DNA from: a virus
Strand: one strand, 5' to 3'
IMG/VR virus record: IMGVR_UViG_3300044463_000021
Span: 1 to 59,589 of that record
Length of the DNA: 59,589 nt
The notes under the pieces are model-generated. The model was not told the DNA's origin. It saw only the letters and a list, made by a program, of their open reading frames with translations, and made no database searches. Every line of letters starts with the position of its first letter. Within the stretch, counting starts at the first letter, position 1. Positions 54,347 through 59,589 of the stretch are shown in pieces. The position numbers and the translations under genes were made by a program.

Positions 54347-56671
54347 CTAATAGGCCAAGACGATGGGATAGCGGACGTGGACCTCGGCACCGGCGGCGTG
54401 GGCCTTGACGACACCGTTCACAGCCCGGGTGACCGTGAACGTTTGCGGTGAGCTGGCACCCGATATCGCAGTCACCGTCATCACCTCACCACCCGACGTG
54501 TCCGGCGGCGGGCCCGGCCAAATCTCGATGTCGAAAGGCATCTGCGCAGAGTCGGTCGTCCACAACTCGTCCGCGTCAGACGTCGCCACACTCAGCGAGA
54601 CGGCCGAATCGGAAATGTCCACGGCAAACGTCGACGTCGCGGAGTCCAGCCGCTGATCGGAATCGATGACACCCACCGTGTACACCGACGCCGGTGACGT
54701 GTTCAACCGCGCCGACCACTGCAGCGAGTTGAAATGTTCCATGTGGCCTTCGACGATCGCGTCGATCGTGTCCACGCCGGCCTCGGACATCAGGTTGGTG
54801 ACGTTGATGCGTGCCCCATACGGGAGGGCCAGCCAGTCGGGGATCAGCGCCGGATGTTTGGCCAAGTTGACGGCAACGTTGGGCCAGTAGTCTTCCTCGA
54901 CGGTGTCGGTGTGCAAAAGCCACCCTGCGACACCGGCCAGCTGGGCGTCGGTCTGCAACTGGAACGTGTCGGCACCGTCATAGACCAGATCTGCGTCGGT
55001 CAGAGCACCGTCAGCCTGCACGGTGACAGACGAACCAGCCGGGCGTGACGCCGTCCACTGGTTGTGGAACCGCAGATCGTCGTCGGCCGGTTCCAGGTCT
55101 TCGACAACCTGCCCCTGCGCAATGTCGATGGTCATGGCCACAGACTGGTTGTAACGATCGGAGACGTCCTGAAAGGCCAGCCCGAACTCGTACTCGTAGA
55201 GGACCCCCTGTGCGGCTTTCGCCGAATCCTGCAGAACGGTCAAAAGTTTGCCGGCGGGTTGCGGGCCGAGCGCCGCCGACGTGGCCGCCGTCGAGTGCAG
55301 GGTGATCTGTTCCTCCGCGCACAGGCGGCCGATGCGCTCATGTGCCATTTCCCCTACGTGGCCACCCGCCGCGACCGCACGCGCGACGTCGTCGACGCCC
55401 AAGGTGAACGCCGTGTCGGTGTAGACGGCGGCATGGCCCCATGCCGCCCCGCCGATCGAAAGCACTCCCGCCGGGTAGACGCCAGTCGGGCTGAGCACTT
55501 CGGCGAACGCGATCGCCCCGTGAAAGTTGGCGTCGACCACCTGCGCGCCAGTGGTGCCCAACACTGAGCCGCCAGTGTCCAGCACCGATAGGGTCACCGT
55601 GTCGTTGCCGCCGCTGCCGTCGAGTTTCGAGCAGACGACGATCGACACCCACTGGTCGAAGATGTTGGAGTCGTCGATGGTGCCCGTGAACGTATCGGTC
55701 AACGCGACCGTGGCATCGTAGATTCGCACCCGAATGTCCACCGCTGTGGAGACGCCCGAGGTGAGAAGGTCGACGAACACGTACGGCAGGTTGGTGTTGG
55801 TCGTGCGCAAATCCAGCAGCCCCAAAATTTGGGAGTCCAGCTCGAAAGGCAGCCGCAGCATGATCTGGTACACCCACTGGCCGGTGTCGGTGTAGGCCGG
55901 TATCGGCCCCTTCATGCTGCAGGCGGGCCCGAATATGGGCAGCGGCTGCGAACCGGGCAGGGTTGATTCGGCAGCGAACGTCACCGTGCCAGGGCCGGTC
56001 GCCCCGGAGTATAGGTGGTTTCCCCGCACCATCGGCGATCCGCCGACAGCGGAGGCGAACGAGACGGCCCCGGCGGCGTCTTCCATCGGCCAGTAGGCGA
56101 GTGGGGCTATGTCGCTGGTTTTGGTGCCGCCCACCTTGCGGTGTAGCGACGACCGCAACGTTTGGCTGCGCAGCACCCGATGCAAAGGTCCGCGGCACAC
56201 GATCGGGATCGTCGGGTCGTTCGCCGACCTGTCCCACCGTTTCGGCCACGAGTTCACGAAACCGAAGTAGCGGTGGTTGAACCCGGTGCCCGGGTCCACT
56301 GCGAAACGGATCGGCGTGAACGGGGTCAGCAGGCCGTAGTAGGGGCTGTACGGGTTGAGGCGGGAGAACCGGCCGTCCCGGTTGTTCAAAGTGGCCCGTG
56401 CCGTTGATGCGGCCACCACCGTGTCCTGGTTGCGGCGGCCCTGCGACGTGGCCACACCCGGATCCCAGCGGACGTAGGCGGTGATGTCGGCCCAGTTCCA
56501 CTCCCACCACGGCCGGGTGAAATCGGGGGCAAGCGCAATCCAGGCCCGCACGCCAAGCGGTGTCCCCGGTGCGAACGTGACCGTCGGCTCCACGCCGTAA
56601 TGCGTCACCCCAGGCAAGCGGCGGCGGTACGGGAACCCCCGCCTCCGCCTCGATCGCACCAACAGGGCCAT
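54347..56671 (-). CDS. Minor tail protein with a siphovirus distal-tail (Dit-like) N-terminal domain (774 aa).
   Basis: TARATLNNRDGRFSRLNPYSPYYGLLTPFTPIRFAV...RYFGFVNSW is typical of the phage tail family domain. Confidence 0.65.
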   Translation of the reverse strand: MALLVRSRRRRGFPYRRRLPGVTHYGVEPTVTFAPGTPLGVRAWIALAPDFTRPWWEWNWADITAYVRWDPGVATSQGRRNQDTVVAASTARATLNNRDGRFSRLNPYSPYYGLLTPFTPIRFAVDPGTGFNHRYFGFVNSWPKRWDRSANDPTIPIVCRGPLHRVLRSQTLRSSLHRKVGGTKTSDIAPLAYWPMEDAAGAVSFASAVGGSPMVRGNHLYSGATGPGTVTFAAESTLPGSQPLPIFGPACSMKGPIPAYTDTGQWVYQIMLRLPFELDSQILGLLDLRTTNTNLPYVFVDLLTSGVSTAVDIRVRIYDATVALTDTFTGTIDDSNIFDQWVSIVVCSKLDGSGGNDTVTLSVLDTGGSVLGTTGAQVVDANFHGAIAFAEVLSPTGVYPAGVLSIGGAAWGHAAVYTDTAFTLGVDDVARAVAAGGHVGEMAHERIGRLCAEEQITLHSTAATSAALGPQPAGKLLTVLQDSAKAAQGVLYEYEFGLAFQDVSDRYNQSVAMTIDIAQGQVVEDLEPADDDLRFHNQWTASRPAGSSVTVQADGALTDADLVYDGADTFQLQTDAQLAGVAGWLLHTDTVEEDYWPNVAVNLAKHPALIPDWLALPYGARINVTNLMSEAGVDTIDAIVEGHMEHFNSLQWSARLNTSPASVYTVGVIDSDQRLDSATSTFAVDISDSAVSLSVATSDADELWTTDSAQMPFDIEIWPGPPPDTSGGEVMTVTAISGASSPQTFTVTRAVNGVVKAHAAGAEVHVRYPIVLAY

Positions 56672-56674
56672 GGC

Positions 56675-57190
56675 TCACTCGCTCCAGCAGATCCACGTGG
56701 TCAGATCGACCGCTGTGGTGGGCGTGGTGGCGCGCATCCGCACAAACGACGACACAGCAACGGTATGGGCAGCATCCCAATCCCACCACCGTTCGTGGGT
56801 CATCTTCGGCGCGGCCTCAGCCGACACCGACGACATCCGCACCACGTCAAACGTTTTGGTGACCGTCGGTGCGGTCTCCGACGAAGACGTGAACCCGGAT
56901 GCCGAAACGCCAAGTGTCAAAAGCGATGCCGGAACACCCGCGCCGACAGGCTGCACACCAGACGCCGAGAACGCAGTGACCGTCGCGGCCGTATCGGACT
57001 GAATGAGATCAAACACGGCATCCGCTCCGGGCGGGTCGTCGCAGCTGTATCCCCAACCCAAAATCTTGATCAGTCGCGTGGCCGGAGTTGCCAACTGGAT
57101 CATGGTTTTTATGGTCGTGCCCGTCGTGACTGCAGCCGGAGACGCCGTCGTGACCATCGCAGAGTTCCAGGCCTTGTAGACGTGAAGCAT
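56675..57190 (-). CDS. Minor tail protein (171 aa).
   Basis: It lies immediately downstream of the tape measure gene. Confidence 0.45.
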   Translation of the reverse strand: MLHVYKAWNSAMVTTASPAAVTTGTTIKTMIQLATPATRLIKILGWGYSCDDPPGADAVFDLIQSDTAATVTAFSASGVQPVGAGVPASLLTLGVSASGFTSSSETAPTVTKTFDVVRMSSVSAEAAPKMTHERWWDWDAAHTVAVSSFVRMRATTPTTAVDLTTWICWSE

Positions 57191-57199
57191 TGCCCTCTC

Positions 57200-59179
57200 C
57201 TAGTTGTTGCTTGCCGCCGATGCCCTGCCGAAAGCGACCTGCACATTGCCGTCGCCATGAACGTCGACCATCTTCTGAATCCGTCGCCGCTGATCCTCAT
57301 CAGTGCCCTGAATGTCAATCACCACATACGTTGTTCCGCCGCTCGCCCCGCCCATCTGCCCCGACGCCATCGCCTGCGACGTCCCCGACGGAATCACCGT
57401 CGACCCGAACGGCAGCCGCACCAACTCCGGTCCCTGCTCACCCACCCATGTCATGCCGCCACGCGCACCGCCACCGGCCGCGCCGGTGATGCCGCCGTGG
57501 CCGCGGCCAGACACATACGTGCCAGAGGAGACGCCGTTCATTACGTCGGTGTGCGGGCCTTCGTTGAACCCGGCCGCATTCGACCCCAGCAGCCGGCGCA
57601 GCTCCCTGGCCGCCTCGATCGCCGCGAGGAGCCCCGGGTAGCGCACCTCGGTGGTCACCTCGGCCGGGATGCCCTTATACCGGTTGATCAGTTCGTTGAC
57701 GGCATCCTTGTTGTAACCCAACGCCAGCAGGTTTTTGCGCAACGCCTCCAACTGCCGGTCATAGGCCGCGTTGGCCTCATCAACCTTCTCCGGCACGGTC
57801 GCGGTCGCATCCCGCAACCCTTTGATGGCGTTGATGTTGTCCAACACCGAGTCCATGTTGCGCTGACCCGCCTCAGTCCACGTGTCCAAGGAGCGCGGGC
57901 CGTCGGCCAGCTCCTTCTGCAACTCGATCAAACTTTCGCGGTAGCGCAGATTCGCCTGATCCAAGTCCATGACCGGATCAAAGACGTCATCGATGGCACG
58001 GCCCAAAGCCTCAAACTGTGCCGCAGCCTCCTCCGCGGTACCGGCGATGTCCTTCAAATCCGTCTCGAACTGGGCCGCCGGTCCCTTCGCCGCGTCCAAA
58101 GCCTCCACCTGGTTGCGGAAACCGTCCGTCGTCTTGGTGATCGCATCACCGGCAACCGGCATCCACCCGAACAAACCTTGGAAAATTTCGGCCCCACCGG
58201 CACCGAAACGGACCAGATCCTCATACGTGTGCGACAGGGCAGCCGACACATCGCCGACCATGACCAGGAGATCGCCGGTCGTGTCGATGAGGGCTTTCAT
58301 GCCCATCACCGCGCCGTCCGGGTCCTCGGCAAGCGAGGAGAACATCTCCCCGATGTCCTCACCCAAACCGGGCAGCTCATTCGCCAACGTGCGGATGATC
58401 GGCTCCGCGCCTTTCAACCCTTTGACGAACCCGGGAATGAACTTGTCCACAAACCCCTCGATGCCGCGGGTTAGCGGGGCCAACTCACCCGCCATGCCCT
58501 TCAACCCGCCCGCCAACTCGCTGTTGACGACCACGTCGCGAATCTTCGTACCAAGATGATCCAACGCCCCTACCAAAGGCGCGACGAATGGGCCCCCCAG
58601 TTCCTTCAACGGGCCGGCAGCCTCGTCGGCGAACTCCTGCGCCGCCTGTTTCACCCGAGGGTCATGCGCGGCGGCGACAATCCCACCCACCATGCCGCCC
58701 GTACCCGCCGCACCCAAAATCCCGGCTGCCAGCACCGCACCCAGGATCGGCGACAACGCCACACCCAACCCCACCGCCGCACCGATCAAATAAGGCTTAC
58801 CCGCCCGTAAACCGTCCGCCAAACTCGTTGACAACGCCAACCCGGCCTTCTGACCGGCCTCACCCATCCCCTCGGCCAAATCGGCGGCCAACGACTTCGC
58901 GACCCGCTGGAACCGGGCCAGCTCCTGCCGCTTGATGTCGATCTGCTTGAACAGGGCAGTGTCGCCGGTGGCGTCCAACTCAAGGTTCAGGTCTCTGATC
59001 TCGGCGGTCAGCCGCTTAACCTCGGCGGTCACCTTGCTCGTTTTGGAACCCATGCCGCCGAGTTCCTGCCCGGCTTTCTTCGCGTCGTCGCCGAGACCTT
59101 TGACCCCTTTACGGGCGTCGTCCATGGCCGGCTTGGCATCATTGGATCCAACAACGTGGATCTTCACCTCGTTAGCCAT
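57200..59179 (-). CDS. Tape measure protein (659 aa).
   Basis: Long helical, Gly/Ala-rich protein. Its position after the frameshifted chaperones supports the call. Its ATG overlaps the stop of the frameshift product. Confidence 0.85.
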   Translation of the reverse strand: MANEVKIHVVGSNDAKPAMDDARKGVKGLGDDAKKAGQELGGMGSKTSKVTAEVKRLTAEIRDLNLELDATGDTALFKQIDIKRQELARFQRVAKSLAADLAEGMGEAGQKAGLALSTSLADGLRAGKPYLIGAAVGLGVALSPILGAVLAAGILGAAGTGGMVGGIVAAAHDPRVKQAAQEFADEAAGPLKELGGPFVAPLVGALDHLGTKIRDVVVNSELAGGLKGMAGELAPLTRGIEGFVDKFIPGFVKGLKGAEPIIRTLANELPGLGEDIGEMFSSLAEDPDGAVMGMKALIDTTGDLLVMVGDVSAALSHTYEDLVRFGAGGAEIFQGLFGWMPVAGDAITKTTDGFRNQVEALDAAKGPAAQFETDLKDIAGTAEEAAAQFEALGRAIDDVFDPVMDLDQANLRYRESLIELQKELADGPRSLDTWTEAGQRNMDSVLDNINAIKGLRDATATVPEKVDEANAAYDRQLEALRKNLLALGYNKDAVNELINRYKGIPAEVTTEVRYPGLLAAIEAARELRRLLGSNAAGFNEGPHTDVMNGVSSGTYVSGRGHGGITGAAGGGARGGMTWVGEQGPELVRLPFGSTVIPSGTSQAMASGQMGGASGGTTYVVIDIQGTDEDQRRRIQKMVDVHGDGNVQVAFGRASAASNN

Positions 59180-59375
59180 GGTCTACACCCCCTCCAAGTC
59201 CCTCGATCTCCAACAGCCGCAGCAGGTCGGCGTCCTCTTGCATCAGCTGGGATGGCAGACACCCGAACCGGGTGCACATCGCCAAAACCCAGCGGGCTTG
59301 CACTAGCTGGGCAGGGGCTCCATCGGGATCTGCGCCTCCAGAGAATTGCCATCTCCCGATGGCGTCTCTAAAGGG
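59172..59375 (-). CDS. -1 frameshift extension of the tail assembly chaperone (G-T type fusion; 65 extra codons).
   Basis: Slippery C_CCT_TTA in the zero frame. The -1 frame is open to TAA 59172-59174 and reads ...LVQARWVLAMCTRFGCLPSQLMQEDADLLRLLEIEGLGGGVDHG. Confidence 0.7.
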   Translation of the reverse strand, partial: PFRDAIGRWQFSGGADPDGAPAQLVQARWVLAMCTRFGCLPSQLMQEDADLLRLLEIEGLGGGVDHG

Positions 59376-59589
59376 ACAGAAACACCCGTTGACGCCTTAC
59401 GGATCGCCCGGGTCAGCGCCTGAAAGAACGGGCCGTCCACATGCGACATGAACGCCTTCGGTGTGATCTCCACCGGCACATCGTGCTCATCCTCAAAGTT
59501 CCAAGACAGGATCTTCGAGGCGAGCATTTCCGCGCACTGCTCCAACAACTCGTTGGACCGCTCGTCGCCGAACGAGTCCAACAGCAGCA
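59303..59589 (-). CDS. Tail assembly chaperone, C-terminal part. The gene starts at 213 across the circular junction.
   Basis: ...DSFGDERSNELLEQCAEMLASKILSWNFEDEH... The stop lies at 59303-59305. Confidence 0.8.
   Translation of the reverse strand, partial: LLLDSFGDERSNELLEQCAEMLASKILSWNFEDEHDVPVEITPKAFMSHVDGPFFQALTRAIRKASTGVSVPLETPSGDGNSLEAQIPMEPLPS
59369..59375 (-). promoter_or_regulatory. Programmed -1 ribosomal frameshift heptamer CCCTTTA (X_XXY_YYZ).
   Basis: The plus strand reads TAAAGGG at 59369-59375. The phase was checked against the chaperone stop codon. Confidence 0.65.
59471..59589. repeat. Second copy of the 119-bp terminal overlap, identical to 1-119.
   Basis: Direct comparison of both ends. 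Confidence 0.95.

Noticed and set aside
59164-59352. 62-aa ORF overlapping the chaperone 3' end, considered as the frameshift product.
   Set aside because: It lies in the +1 frame relative to the chaperone and is Arg-rich. The -1 frame gives an uninterrupted, protein-like extension from a canonical slippery heptamer.

Overview
This window is a complete, circularly closed phage genome. The unit length is 59,470 bp, and bases 1-119 are repeated exactly at 59471-59589. It is a visibly GC-rich, siphovirus-type actinobacteriophage, as shown by WhiB and LuxR regulators, an HK97-fold capsid with a ClpP-like protease, a tape measure gene with -1 frameshifted chaperones, and a GH25 lysin with a holin.

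Almost everything is read on the minus strand as one long, translationally coupled series with dozens of ATGA/GTGA/TGATG stop-start overlaps:
- early, regulatory, recombination and replication genes, 42560 down to 21013
- terS, terL, portal-MuF, a giant enzyme-bearing head protein, protease and capsid, 21016 down to 7724
- head accessory, connector and tail genes, 7626 down to 220, then wrapping to 59589 and down to 53859
- lysis genes, 53862 down to 51038

The plus-strand islands are 26720-26950, 42835 to about 47150 (small early genes), 48983-51024 (an IS481-type DDE transposase plus a membrane protein), and one ORF nested antisense inside an intein. I found no tRNA, rRNA, CRISPR array, or tyrosine or serine integrase.

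The items most worth follow-up are:
1. A Hint intein in the portal-MuF gene whose endonuclease slot appears to be encoded on the opposite strand (zinc-ribbon array plus a DUF559/Vsr-like nuclease).
2. A 1366-codon head-module protein combining a 2H phosphoesterase with an R-S-E ADP-ribosyltransferase core.
3. A 24-bp-phased array of GTGTCATGACAC palindromes linking an RHH gene, an N4/N6 methyltransferase and the IS481-type transposase.
4. A TGTGGCCACA operator-like motif shared by the replication switch region and an internal tail-operon site.
5. A G-run and inverted-repeat cluster inside the replication initiator gene.
6. A frameshift-split SPFH gene.
7. Beta-helix proteins in unusual places: the head module, and a Sec-signal protein in the lysis cassette.

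All functional calls come from motif recognition by eye. No database search was run.
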